Source: Hypanus sabinus
Lineage: Eukaryota
Length of the DNA stretch: 64,000 nt
Direction: 5' to 3'
NCBI RefSeq assembly: GCF_030144855.1
Contig: NW_026779730.1
Location: 1-64,000, forward strand
Under the pieces are notes generated by a model, which was not told the origin of the DNA, did no database searches, and saw only the letters and a program-made list of their open reading frames with translations. The first letter of the stretch is position 1, and each line of letters begins with the position of its first letter. Below, piece by piece: positions 11,601-23,450 of this stretch. The position numbers and the translations under genes are program-made.

Positions 11601-11885
11601 TTGTGCTTTGCCTTTAATTACACTCTGTAACAACACTGACCATTTATCTTTCGGCCACTCTGACATCCGAGCAATAGTTTCAAAATGTTGAAAATACCTT
11701 TCCACTTCTGTTTCACTAAATGGAGGGACCAATTTAATTTCTTGACTAGCAAGAAACGGTTTTTTAGAACCAGAAGACTGATTCCCAGACTTTAATTCCT
11801 CCATTGCATATGCAAATTCTCTCTGCTTTTGTTCCACCTCCAATTTACACCTCTCCAATTTCATTTGTTCGATTTGCAACTGCAT
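8577..11885 (-). CDS. gag-pol: Gypsy gag-protease-integrase-RT N-terminal polyprotein
   Basis: SCAN-like capsid segment, CCHC knuckle CNYCKKPGHVIANC, protease LRDTGAS, integrase HHCC + VDCVGPL/TDQGSNF/ER + GPY, then RT start (PDGSIRFCTDYRKVN). The true start is probably the ATG at 12099 (MNIDEFLASP), broken by a frameshift (~12036) and a TAG at 11907-11909. Confidence 0.95.
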   Translation of the reverse strand: MQLQIEQMKLERCKLEVEQKQREFAYAMEELKSGNQSSGSKKPFLASQEIKLVPPFSETEVERYFQHFETIARMSEWPKDKWSVLLQSVIKGKAQQVYTALTAAQALDYDIVKRHILNAYELDTEAYRERFRSLKKSVEKTYVEFAYDKAMCFERWVSSKNVNGDYDTLRELILMEEFKRSIPVEIRTYLNERDTDKLQDCAKLADEYVLIHKNKFPQGRNFKRKNNMETPGKSEIKSEVNEKVDEKGKPVKERQFGLTCNYCKKPGHVIANCFKLKKKEKEAVPDACVQHTEAPVKLQGLINTNEALLESDQVKKGYDHFITEGFVSLKEGSTLVPIRILRDTGASQSLMLDSVLKFNEESDTGEVNYIRGVGSDFMPVHLHKVNLKSGLVTGFVKVGLQHSLPVKGISLLLGNDLAGGQVFPEVHLTMESEEPELNSNTDSSCVVTRAMAKKIDAQNEVVTQDCSTQDSSFEDVSETFLSSLFEQDSGSKSDYKDLSLSRKEMIAEQNRDSEIIKLKEQVLLDSEIDKVPVGYYLEKGVLMRKWRSPTIPASEDWNVVYQVVVPKAYRNEILTLAHSVPLGGHQGVRKTVDKILKHFYWPGLRKDVAMFCKTCHSCQIVGKPNQVTPVAPLQPIPAFGEPFSKVIVDCVGPLPKTKTGYQYLLTIMCTSSRFPEAVPLRNIKAKTVTKALINFFTYFGLPKEIQTDQGSNFMSGLFQQIVYKLGAKQITLSAYHLESQGAFERFQSTLKNMIRTFCVENESDWNEGINLLLFAVRESVQESLGFSPFELVFGHRVRGPLALLKEQWINKEIHTNLLDYVLKFKDRLQKACSLAKENLKLAQEKMKTWYDKDARMRMFKPGDKVLVLFPVQTNPLQARFHGPYEIVSKINDVDYVVKTPDRRRSTQLCHINMLKPYFEKQSDTVTVVVSENEFDLTRNMIDDSSDFHSKSNIVSVRLPNSTILENIDEKLAHLQLEQRQQMKELIFKYRELFPDVPRRTTIASHDVDVGDAKPIKQHPYRMNMKKCELAEKEIEYMLENNIIRHSNSNWSSPCVMVPKPDGSIRFCTDYRKVNAVTKTDAYPIPRVDDCVDKVGKAVPYKD

Positions 11886-12200
11886 CTCCAGATTACTTAT
11901 TGGAAACTACTCTAAAATCGATTCATCAAAAACACCCAAATCCACATAGTGTGACGCGATTTTTCTCTGTATCACAGCCTTAGAAGTAGTCTGCAAAATA
12001 CCTTTAAGTCGCAATCTACTAGCTATCTCAAACACCTGTTTTTTTCGCCTTCGCCAACACCTCCGCAGCTGGCGAAGCCAGAAACTCATCAATATTCATT
12101 GCTGCCAAATACCACAACAAGCCAAACAAAAGAACCGAGTAATCCCCGTTTCCAAAACACCGATTTAAAAGTCAGCAAGCATTTAAACTCAAATGATTCA

Positions 12201-12218
12201 ATCCCGGATGAGCCCCCA
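12201..12218 (-). promoter_or_regulatory. Primer binding site complementary to tRNA-Pro
   Basis: TGGGGGCTCATCCGGGAT on minus, 17/18 match to the canonical tRNA-Pro PBS TGGGGGCTCGTCCGGGAT, 7 nt from the 5' LTR. Confidence 0.9.
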
Positions 12219-12225
12219 TATTTAA

Positions 12226-13068
12226 TGTTACGTATTCAGGCAACAATAAATATATGAGATCGGCAAGGGTTTCTTATAACAAACAACACATTTATTAAAC
12301 ACAGAAAACAAACCCCCCAAAAGTAAACAAACACTACTGTAACCGGAAACAGCTGCTGAGCGGCAGCCCAAACAGTTCTTAAAGTGATATTGCAAAAACA
12401 GTTCTTTAAAAGTGGTATTGCCAAAAGTTCGATATGCTCACAGTCCATTTAAAAGGAGAGACTTTATAGGACGATTTAGGTTCTCTTTCACGTCGCTTGC
12501 TCCGATCCCCGACGTCGAACTTCCCACGAAGAATTCACGAAACAGAACGGCTTAAAGGTACTGACCTTTCCTTCTCCACTACCTTCAATCCTTTCTAGTT
12601 AAACCTAGGGATTAACACGAAGATAGTCAACGAAATCCTTCCAAATAAGGATCAAACAAAGGTCGCCCCCGTTTCACCGTAGGAAGCGATTCTCCTCGAT
12701 CTTTAACTTCCAACTTCCAATCTTCACTCTCCACTAATTTCGAACTAACAGGATCGTAAAGAACCTGCTGGCAATGACCTCTTAAACTTTAGGCATTAAA
12801 TAAAAACTTCATCCTTCAACTAAACTGCGTCATCACTTAAAACACGCAGCGGCATGAAGTCAACCTGGCAAATCCAGCCATGAACTGCCCCTCCCCACAG
12901 GGTGGGGTCTACCTTTTATAACCTGTAAAAAAAACCCGTCACATGATCTCTACTGGCAGGAAAATGACATCATTCCACCATCACAAGACCATCACCTCAA
13001 GACCAGTACAGCTTCAACCCCAGTCACATGACAAGGGCACCACTGTCATGTGTCACGAGTACGTAACA
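12226..13068 (-). repeat. 5' LTR of the Gypsy element
   Basis: TG..CA ends, near identity to 6566-7407, adjacent PBS. Confidence 0.97.
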
Positions 13069-14799
13069 CTACCATCAACACAGTTCCCCGAGTCATTTTC
13101 TGATCAAAGGGGACTTCAATCTATCCGTTTTCAGCAAATGGGTCCAGTTCGTCATAGGTGAAGCCCTCCCCACCATTGACTCATTTGCACAGAGCGCTGT
13201 CACAAGAAAGCAGCATGATCCGGGACCCCACTATCCCGGCTATGCTCTCTTCTCACTCATGGAGAGAGGTTGGGACTTTATTTCATGAAGCACAGGAGAC
13301 TGAGGGGTGACCTTGTATAGCTGTATAAAATCATGAAGAACAAGGCAGGAGGTCGAGGAGCCTCAGGACCCACACCACTTGGTTCAGGGACAGTTATTAC
13401 CCTTCAAACACCGGTGTGGATAATTCTGCTCATCTCAACTCTCAACTGATTCTAGGACCTCAGACTCACTTTCACGGACTCTTTACAACTCAATCCTTTA
13501 CAATGGCAAGATAGCAAAAGGTAAGGTAAAAGGTAACCAAATACTTGGATGATGAATTTACTTTTAACAGTGGATGGGTAGAGAAGAGGTATGGATGGCC
13601 ACATATATTAGCCATAGGCAGTTTCTGTTCCACGTCTGGGAACAGGAACATTCCCTTATTATCCCTTTTTCATCTTGCACTATTTATGTTTGTCTCACGA
13701 ATGTGTAACATGACATTCTGACACCTGTACTCAGTGCCTCATCCAAAGGCCAGTGTGCTTTTACCTCCCTGTCTACTTGTGTTTCTAACCAGGGATTTGA
13801 AGTTGCTGACCCTCTCCGCTACTGATCCTTAGATGTAGCCTGGATAATCTTCAGTTGGTCCCTGATGACCAAGATTCCCTCTAAGGCATTCAGCTCCTAG
13901 CTCTCTCATCCTTTCCTATCCATGTACCTGCCCAAATGTGTTTTAATTTTAGCCGCCTTTCCCACTTCCTCGGGCATCACTTTCTATATTCCCATTACCC
14001 AGTGTGTGGAAAACCTGCCTCGTTAAACCTTTCTCCTCTCACCTTAAACCTGTGCCCATTAGTTTTGAATTTTCTGACTTTTGAAAAAAGACTGCATTTA
14101 CCTTATCAATGTCCTCGTGATTTTATACAGTTATATAAGGTCACCCCTCAATCTCCTGTGATTCATGAAATTAAGTCCCAAACTCTCTCCATAACTCCAT
14201 AAGGAAGTATGTGGATACTACAGAAAGAGTGCAGAGGAGATTTTAAAGGATGGTGCCTGGATTGGGGAGCATGCCTTATGAGTGAACCTGGCCTTTTCTC
14301 CTTGGAGGGGTGGAGGATGAGCGGAGACCTGATAGAGGTGTATAGGACGATGAGAGACATTGATCTTGTGAATAGCCAGAGGCTTTTTTCCCAGGGCTGA
14401 AATGGCGAGCACGAGAAGGCAGAGTTTTAAGATACTTGGAAGTTTTTCACGGAGTGGTGGGTGTGTGGAATGCACTGCTGGCGACGGTCGTGGAGGCCGA
14501 TACAATAGGGTCCTTTGAGAGACTCTTAGATAGGTACATGGAGCTTAGGAAAATAGAGTGCTGAGCGGTAGGGAAATTCTAGGCAGTTTCTAGAGTTGGT
14601 TACATGGTCAGCAACAACATCGTGGGCCGAATGTAGATTTCCATGTTTCTATAGCTCAGTCCCTCGAGTCCCGGCAATATCCTCGTGAGTCTCTTCTGCA
14701 TTCTTCCCATTTTAATAACAGGGCAACCAGAAATGCATAGAGTACTCCATATGCAGCCTCGCCTCTACCCTCAGTGCCCCGAACGACGAAAATGAAGCC

Positions 14800-15790
14800 T
14801 TCCAGCATCCGGTCCGGGTACAGTACCTAGGAACCGCTAATGATGGACAGTTGCCCCTAGTGACGGTGCTCCCCGGTCGCTGATGGGCGGTGGGAGGATC
14901 CTGAATGGCTGAGGGCGCCATCCGTCAAGTGTCGTTTAGGGGGGCGGGTCGTTTCTCGGAGAGTTACGGGGAGAGGCCTAAAGCGCACTCTGTCATGGCC
15001 GCGGCCCAATGAAACTGCAGAGTGATAGCTCGTGATCATCTAGCAGTGCCTTGAGTGGTAGTAGGATGGAATGAGGGGCGGGATGTTTCACGCAGCCCAG
15101 TGAGAAGGTGGTGATAACTATGATGGACGGTTGCCCTGGTGACCACTTCCCCTCCACGGCGGAAGGCCCGCCCAGCAGCGCGTTGGATGCTAGTAGGCCG
15201 TGGCCGTGAAAGCGAGGCGGGTAAAACATCGATTGGGGGAGGGGGAGGGTAACGGGGCAACTACCATTCTACCGTGCAGCGCTGGCGCCTTCTTCTGACA
15301 CCCCAGCGTCCTAATTCTTATTCTTGTCTCTCCGCGTTGGCACAGCGTGGAAGACTGTCCGTGCAGGATTGAGCGGGGGTGGGGGGGGGGGGGGTGGTTT
15401 GCGCCGAGGCTGGAGTACGCAGACGCGGGACGGCCGTCAGCCAGGTTGGGAAGGCCGAGTGCGCAAGCGCGGGCACCCGTGGGAGCCGACGTGAGCCGTG
15501 TGCGCATGCGCGGCGGGGACGGCAGCTGCCAGTTGTTAACCAAAGCTAGGACGAGTCTGTGGGAACCCGCACAAAATGCTGGCGGAACGCAGCAGGCCAG
15601 GCAGACCCTGTGGTGGGAGAGGCGAAGAGCCCTCATCAGAGCGGGATAGGGTAGAAAGCCAATGATAGTGGAAATTCCGGAGCGGGACAGCCCAGTGAAA
15701 TGTAAACCACAGTAAAGCCGCTGTTGGGCATTCGTTTGTACTCACGGCATTTGAAGCCCCAGAACGGGCAACAACGCTCAGAAATTGGCC
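14800..15790. promoter_or_regulatory. CpG island, probable CD2BP2 promoter / non-coding first exon
   Basis: CpG-dense; NRF1 palindrome TGCGCATGCGC at 15501-15511; RFX X-box-like sites at 14850, 15130 and 15249; GC boxes. The CD2BP2 ATG exon has its own acceptor, so a non-coding upstream exon is needed. Confidence 0.65.
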
Positions 15791-18684
15791 ATTTGGCCCA
15801 CCTCCTCTGTACTGACCCTCTCACACTTTACTCCCGTTTCCAGACCATTGTTCTTTCATCTCTTCCAGAATCCAAGACTCTATATTTTCCCCTACCTCTG
15901 AGAAAAATATATACCCCGACCACCAACGCTTGATACTCCCCACCATGCACAGTGTGTGTCCTACCTACATACATTTTGAGAGTAGGACAATCCTGGGTAC
16001 TTCCTTGGATCTAGGCTTTTTAAGTTTCTGTGGAAAGCAGATGATCTTAGGGTCGGGGTTAGTGTGTTAAACTATGATGTGTCCTCTACAGAGACTTGGC
16101 TAAGAGAAGAACATGACCAACAGTTCAATTGTTCAGATTAAAAGAGAGGGCTGTAGAATAGGGAGGAGGTGTCTGAAGGGATCATCCGCTGAGACAGTAT
16201 GTTTAGAGCTCAGGAATGTCAAAGTGGGATTTGTTATTAATTTTATTACTTAGGGATACAGCATGGAGTAGGCTTTTCTGGCCCTCCAAGACACTCAGCT
16301 CTGGCAGCCCCCATTGAATCCTAACCTAATCACGGGACTGATTAACCCATCAGTGTCTTTGGACTGTGGGACACTGGGGAAAATCCATCCATTCCATTGG
16401 GAGGACTACAGATTCCTCGTAGAAGGGTGCTGGAATTGATTTCTGGCACGCTCTGAGCTGTAGTGGTGTCAAGCTAACTGCTATGGTAGAGTCCACACCA
16501 CATAACACACGGAGACACGTATGCTGAGGTGACACATATTTGTAGCTGCATCTCGGGCACCGAGTGAGATAAGCAGCATTGTCAAGAAAAACATAGACAA
16601 AACGGACTTCACAAGAGGGAACACAATTAGGACAAAGGAAGTTGAAGTCCATTGTGATGCAAAGTGTCCTTGTATTGCCATCAGCATATTGAGACAGTGA
16701 TTAGGATTGTGAAGGTTGGTTCAAGAGCCAAATGGTTGCTGTTCCTGAACCTGGTAGTTCAACTTCTGCCCACTGGGTGCTGTGAGACAATACATTTACA
16801 GGGCAGGGAGTATCTTTGATAATAGATGTTGACTTCTTGAAAGTCAGCACCTCCTGTAGACACACCAGATGTAGTGAGGGATGTGTTGGTAATTTATTGG
16901 GCTGAGTCCTCTATTCTCCACAGCTTCTTGCATTCCTGCACATTCCAATTGCAGTACCAGACCGTAATGCAACTAGTTAGCACAACATCTGAATAGGGTT
17001 GTTAGAGTGGTGACGAAGAAAGATATGCTTTAGGAAAGGTGAAGTCACTATGATAGGGTTAAGTGGGATGTAGAGGAACAGAAATGTTTTATTTATCACT
17101 GACATAAGCTGTGAAATTTGTTGTTTTGTGGCAGCAGTATGGTGCAGGCATAACAAATTACTCTGATTTACAATGCATGTAAATATATGTGAAAAAGAGG
17201 AATAATGAGGAACAATGTGCTCATTGACCATTCAGAGGGAAAGAATCTGTTCCTAAGGTCTTCGGTCTCCTTGATGGTAGTAACGACAGGGCATGTTCCA
17301 GAAGGTGAGGGTCCGTAATGAGGGATGCCACCTTCTTCAGGCACTGCATTTTGAAGATGGCCTCCGTGGTGGGGTTGTGCTCGCGTTGGAGCCAGCCAAC
17401 TCTACAGCCCTGCAGCCTCCTGCGATCCAGCGCATTGGAGCCTGCATATCAGTTGGTGATGCAACCAGTCAGATTGCTTCCCACTGCACATCTGAAGATA
17501 TTTGTTCGTTTTTGATGGCAAACAAAATCAACTCAAACTCCTAATGAAGTATAACCATTGGTGTGGCTTCTTCGTGACTGCATCAGTACAGTGGGCCTAG
17601 GATGTTGACACCCAGGAACTTGAAACCTCTCACCCTTTCCACCACTAACCCCACAGTGAGAACTGGTGTGTTTTCCTGAAATCCCTAATCAATTCCTTTG
17701 ACTAAGGAACAAGGTAGTTGGAATGGGTGGCCTTAATTTCCTCTGTATGGACTGGGACCCTTACCTTGAAGAGGACTGCGAACTTGTAGGATTTGGTGCG
17801 TACTTCAAAGACCCGGAGAGCTATGCTGGCTGGATTCAGAGCTTTATGCTTTCTCTCTTGGTAGGGTCACCCATCCCAAACTGGTACTAAGAGTGGTCCA
17901 CCGGTCCTTCAGGTTTGGGAGTTCAGCTCAGAGCTAATAACCCTGACTGGTCAAAAAAATTGTTACAGAAACAGCAATGAAGAATCCTTCTATGTCTGTG
18001 TACAGCGGTACGATGGCCAAGGACAGACAGAGATGGAGGACCTTCATTGCTGCCCTAAATGGCAGTGGTGTAATGGACAGTAAGTAAATAAGACTAGGAC
18101 CCTCAGTGCTGGAGGCTCAGATGGGGCAGAATTTTTCAGGAACATCTCGGCAGTTCCTTGACACAGTATGTAGGTTGTCCAAGTAGGGAAGGGGCCACTA
18201 TCAACCTCGTATTGGCAAATGAACCTGGTCGGGTGATCTGCTGTGACATTTAATCACCCTCCCCTAATGTGGGGTCACAATCCCATTCTCCCATCTTCTG
18301 TCTGTAGCCCTCAACCCACTGACTAATCAATAACCGTTTAATCTTTACCTTCAGCTGAGCGAGCTGGGGCTTTTTGCAGTGAAGGCGGACGATAGGTGTA
18401 CAAGATGATAAGAGGTATAGATCGAGTGACTAGCCAGGGACTTTCTTCCCAGAGTGGAAATGGCTAATAACAGAAAATATACTTTTAAGGTGATTGCAGG
18501 AAAGTATAGGGGGGTGTCAGAGATGTTTTTATCTCACCCCCAGAGTGGTGGTTGCATGGAATGTCCTGCCAGGGTTGGTGGCAGACTCAGAAACATTAGA
18601 GACACTTAAGAGACTCTTAGATATTCATGTGAGTGAAAGTAAAATGGAGGGTTATGTGGGAAGGAAGGGTTAGATTGATCTTTG

Positions 18685-18995
18685 TTCATTATGTGCCATG
18701 TCATATGACAGGGGTGATCACGGTCTTTCCACGACCATGATCGTTCTTGGCAAATTTTTCTACAGAAGTGGTTTGACATTGGCTTCTTCTGGGCAGTGTC
18801 TACATTATCAGAGATTGTCTGCCTGGTGTCAGAAGTCACACAACCAGGACTTGTGATATGCACCAATGGCTCATATGACCATCTACCATCTGCTCCCATA
18901 CTTCACGTGACCCTGATCAGTGGGGGTGTTGTTAAGCAGGTGTTAAACCTTGCCCAAGGGTGACCTGCAGGCTAGCAGAGGGAAGGGGCACCTTA
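18685..18995 (-). mobile_element. Non-autonomous SINE-like element (same family as the host of the 36344 LTR)
   Basis: Shares GCAGGTCACCCTTGGGCAAG, TTGCCAAGAAC and TGTCATATGACA segments with 36045-37245. Confidence 0.55.
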
Positions 18996-20751
18996 GAGCC
19001 AAGTTCTCTTCATCATGTTCTACACAAGTGTTTTTAGAACAGCTTCTTCTGCTCAGATTTCAGAACTAGCCACAAACAATACCCCACTATTCCTCTTTAG
19101 CATTATTTATTTATTATTGTAAACTGGAGTAAATTTTATGTCTTAGATCATACTGCTGCCACAAAACAGCACATTTCATGACATTCGTCAGTAATAATAA
19201 CCCGACTCTGATTCTGAAACTTCCTTCAGAGATCTTTAACGTACAAGTGCAACGTTGACTCCCTGCTGGACTCAAGACCCAGGCAGCAAACTTGTAAAGG
19301 ATCTCTCTTCCCCCCACTCTCTGAGTTCTTCAGAGAACTCCTCAGATGTTTAAGACAAGGGCAAAGCTGGACCTTGGCTAAAGTGCTAGGTGGGGGGGGG
19401 GGTGGTGGGAGTTCAGTTACAATGAGGAGCCTGAGGGGCAACTTTTACCTGTAGCAGAAGGTGAGTTAACAGAACAAGCTGCCAGAGCAGGGAGTTGAGG
19501 CAGGTATATTGGTATCATTTCAGAAGCACTTGGGTAGGTACGTGGATGGGTGGGACTTGGAGGGAAATGGGCCAAGCACAGTAAATTGGGACCGGCTGGG
19601 TCAAAGGGCTTGAATCAAGTTGTATTGCTCTATGAATCAGGAGGGCTAAAAGGGACCATGAAATGTCCTCAGTGAGTAGGATTAAAAAGAATCCCTAGGT
19701 TTTCTGTACATACATTTAAAGAGTAACTAGATGGCACCATTAAAGGAAGGATTTCATTGCCTTGTGTCAAAAAGTGGGTGAGGTAAAAAATGAGTACAGT
19801 ACTCAGTGTTGCTATTCCCCAAGGAGAATGATTTAAATTATTTAGAGACACAGTGCAGAACAGGCTCTTCCAGTCTTTTGAGCTGCACCCACCAATTTAA
19901 CCCCAGCCTAATCATGCAACAATTTACAATGATCAGTTAACTAACTGGTATGTCTTTGGACTGTGGGAAGAAACCAGAGCACCTGGAGGAAACCCACACG
20001 CTCATGGGGAGAGCATACATCACAATCAAACTCCAAACTCCAACACCCTGAGCTGTAATAGCATTGCGCTAACCATCGCTGCCATGGTGCCCAAATGTGG
20101 AGAGGGAGAGATGAGAGAGAGAGAGAGGGGAGGTAGAATGGTGCAGAGAAAGAGATGGAGTTGGGGCAGTGAGAGAGAGAGAAAGAAAGATGGGTGGGTC
20201 AGAATAGAGAGACATGCTGTTTTAAAGGAAGAGTATGGAGGCTTTGGGAAGGTGCAGTGGAGTTTTCCCAGAATGCTGCCTGCATTAGACAGAAGGGGAT
20301 GATGTACAAATTTAGCTTGTTTTCTCTGGAGTGGCAGAGATTGAGAGGAGATCTGACAGAGGTTTATAAAATTATAAGAGCAGGAAGATCCCCCTGGGTA
20401 GAAATGTCTAATACCTGAGGGCACGCAGTTAAGCCAGGAGGGGGAAAGTTCATAGGAGATGTGTGGGGCCAGCTTTTTTTTCCCACACAGAGATTGATTG
20501 GTGCCTGGAATCAGCTGCCAGGGGTGCTGGTGGAGGCAGGTACGATAGAGGCATTTAAGAGGTTCTCAGATAGGACAGAAAGGGACGTGGGCACTGAGTA
20601 AGCAGAAGGGATTAGTTTAGTCAGGTGTTGTAATTAAGTTTGGTACACATCATGATCTGAAGGGTCTCTTCCTGTGCTGTACTGTATTACAGTATCCCTG
20701 GCAGTTATTAACAATCATCATTTATCTCCTGAGCAGCTCCAAGTGGCGAAG

Positions 20752-20814
20752 ATGTCAAAACGTAAAGTGTCGTTTGAGGTTGGCGGTGGGGACCAAGAGG
20801 AGCGGCTTCAGCAG
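20752..20814 (+). CDS. CD2BP2: CD2BP2 (U5-52K) coding exon 1
   Basis: MSKRKVSFEV (human MPKRKVTF, RVxF-type PP1 motif); acceptor at 20736; CAG|GTAAAG donor. Confidence 0.93.
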
Positions 20815-21165
20815 GTAAAGGGTTTCAGAGGGAGGGGGCTCTTCCTTACGGAATTTTGTCTGCTGCTGAGACCTGCCACTGACTGACTCTTCCTCCACAC
20901 TGCTTCACCATTACCCCATCTCTCCCCCCCTTTGCCCCTCACTCCCACCTCCATCCTGCTCTCTTTCTCTCCCACAATACCCTTTCCTTTGCCACACTCA
21001 CCCTCTCTCTCCCTTGCCCCTCTATTTCACCCTTTCCCCCCTCACTCCCATGCTCTCCCCACCCTCATTTAACTCCCTTACCCTCATTTTCCACTCCTTC
21101 TCCTACTCTCTCACCTCCCCCTCGACCCCACTCTCCTGCCATTTTCTTCCCCCACTCCCCCCCAG

Positions 21166-21295
21166 GTCCCGATGAACGGAGGGGGTCCCGGCAGCCGTTT
21201 CAAGGATAAACACTCACTGGACAGCGATGAGGAGGAAGAAGGGGACGAGGGAGACTCCACAAAGTATGACATGCTGGCCACTGAGGACATTGAGG
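21166..21295 (+). CDS. CD2BP2: CD2BP2 coding exon 2
   Basis: GGPGSRFKDKHSLDSDEEE..KYDMLATEDIEG matches human GGPGSRFKGKHSLDSDEEE..KYDILASEDVEG; AG/GT bounds. Confidence 0.96.
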
Positions 21296-21838
21296 GTGAG
21301 CTGGGGATGAGGGTCGGGTCTATCCACACTGACCCCACAGCGATGGACCCCTCAACTACTGCAGTCTCTCATCTCATGGAGGGGAAGGTGGAGAATAGTG
21401 GGAGGGATGGGAGAGGGAGAGAAGGAGGGGGGTGAAGGGATAGGGGAGAGGGAAGCTGGAGAGAGTGGGACATATAGAGGGAGAGTGAGGGGGAGAAGGA
21501 AAGGAAGAGTTGGAGGAGGTAGCATTGGGAAAAAGTGGGAGGGTGGTGGGGAGAAGACGGGGAGGAGGAGTGGGGTGGGTGGAGGGTGTGGTGGGAGGAA
21601 GTGGTGGGGAAGAAGATGGAGGAGGTAGTGGAGTGAGGGACGGTTGCAGGGAGAGGTGGATGAGATTAGTGGAGAGTGGGGAGGGAGTGAGGGGTGGGTG
21701 GTGAGGAAATGGGGGAGAGGGGTAGTGGGAGGAATGGAGTGTTGGGAGAGGAGGGAGGGGTGGGAGGAATGCTCTCTACCCCTTCCCTCCGAGCCACTAA
21801 TCAGGCCCATCTCTTGTCCTCACTATCACCCACTCCAG

Positions 21839-21996
21839 GTCAGGAGTCAGCCACCATCGACTATGACGAGGGCATCAAGATCACCCCCTTCAACCTGGAG
21901 GAGGAGATGGAGGAAGGCCACTTCGACTCTGAGGGCAACTACTTCCTTAAGAAAGAGGGCGAGATACGTGACAACTGGCTCGACAACATTGACTGG
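21839..21996 (+). CDS. CD2BP2: CD2BP2 coding exon 3
   Basis: ITPFNLEEEMEEGHFDSEGNYF...IRDNWLDNIDW conserved block; phase 1-0. Confidence 0.97.
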
Positions 21997-22749
21997 GTGA
22001 GCGGATGAGGAAAGGCTGGGGCCTTCCAAGTGATGGGACTCTGGACCCTCTATGTTCAACTGGCGCTCCAACACGCATCCTCCCTCGCCAACTGAGCATT
22101 CATGCCTCTCCCTCCTCCCTCTTAAAGCCATCCCATGATTGTTCTCCATTGATTTCACTCAAGCTTTCCCGATTACTGACTGTTGAAACTCTTCAACATT
22201 TTTAAATGTTTCAGGAGCTTTCCTGATTGCCTGTTCTTCCAGCTTAGTAGACTGCCTGATTACTTCCTCTCGCCGCTCACTAAAGCCCCTCTTTTGTTGT
22301 GAATGTTTCACTCGAGTTTTCCTGATCTACTTGCACTCCTCGCTTGCTCAACTGTCAAACCCTCCCTAGATTTAAATATTTCTCCCCAGGTTTTCTAATC
22401 ACTTCCTTTCACAAATAAGTTGCAGAGCCTATGAATGCGGAGATTAGACAAAAGTGCAGGGAGAACAGGGTGAAGGGGCTAAGAGGCTTTCAACTGCTCC
22501 TCTGGCATGTACTCTCTGAGAGTCTCAGTTGGGAGTTGTGTTAATCCCAAAGCCCGAGAGTTATTGTAAAGTGGGAAAATGTATAAATATAGAGGTTAGA
22601 CATGAGCAGAAGCAGAATGCAATAGATGGCCTGTTCTTGCTTCTACTCAGTATACTCCTAATGAAAAATGTTGTGGGTCGCTACCCGAAGTTGTGTCGGC
22701 TCACTCCCCCCGAGTGGCAGAATGTACAGCCACGGTCCAGAGACAGTAG

Positions 22750-23450
22750 TCAGTGAATGGCAGGACCCTCAACAGGGAGGATGTACGGAGGGATCTTGGG
22801 GTGCACGTCCACAGCTCCCTGAAAGTTGCCACACAGGTTGACAGGCTGGCAAAGAAAGTCCAGGTACTGGGTTCCACATTCAGGAAGATACATTGCCACT
22901 TTATAAACTCCGGTGAACCTGCAGCCGGAGTATTGCATTCAGTTCTGGTTCAGTTAAAGGCTTTGGAGAGGGTGTTCCCCACTTGGAGAAGAGGTTCACC
23001 AGGATGTTGCATGCATTAGAGGGCATGAGCTATAACGAAAGGTCGGACAAACTTGGGTGGTTTTACTGGAGTAGCGGAAGCCGAGGGGAGACCTGATTGT
23101 GAGAGGCACGGAAGGCATAGACGGCCGGTATATTTTTTCCCCTGGGATGAAATGTCTAATAGCAGAGGGCATACATTCAAAGTGAAGGGTGAAAGTTCAA
23201 AGGAGATGTGCGGGGCAAGTTTATTCACAGAGTGGTGGGTGACTGGCAGATGCTAGCAGGGTAGTGGTGGGGGCAGATGTGATAGAGGTGTTTAAAAGCC
23301 TCTTAGACAGTCATGGATCTTCAGGGAATGGAGGGTTATGGACATTGTGTAGGCAGAAGGGATTCATTTAGTTGGGTCTTTAATTACTAATGTAATTAGT
23401 TCAGCATGACCTTGTGAGCCGAGGGGCCTGTTTCTGCATTGTACTGTTCT
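22750..23450 (+). mobile_element. CR1 LINE 3' fragment
   Basis: RDLGVHVHSSLKVATQVDR, GHTFKV.G and the CR1 3' tail. Confidence 0.8.

Larger units (their letters stand above)
6566..13068 (-). mobile_element. Full-length Gmr1-like Ty3/Gypsy LTR retrotransposon
   Basis: Two ~842-bp LTRs TGTTACG..CGTAACA, 4-bp TSD CTAC (6562-6565 / 13069-13072), PBS, PPT, and gag-PR-IN-RT-RNaseH domain order. Confidence 0.97.

Noticed and set aside
14838-14912. C/D-box snoRNA (ATGATGG ... CTGA)
   Set aside because: The C box is imperfect, there is no terminal stem, and the second copy lacks a D box; promoter motifs explain it better.
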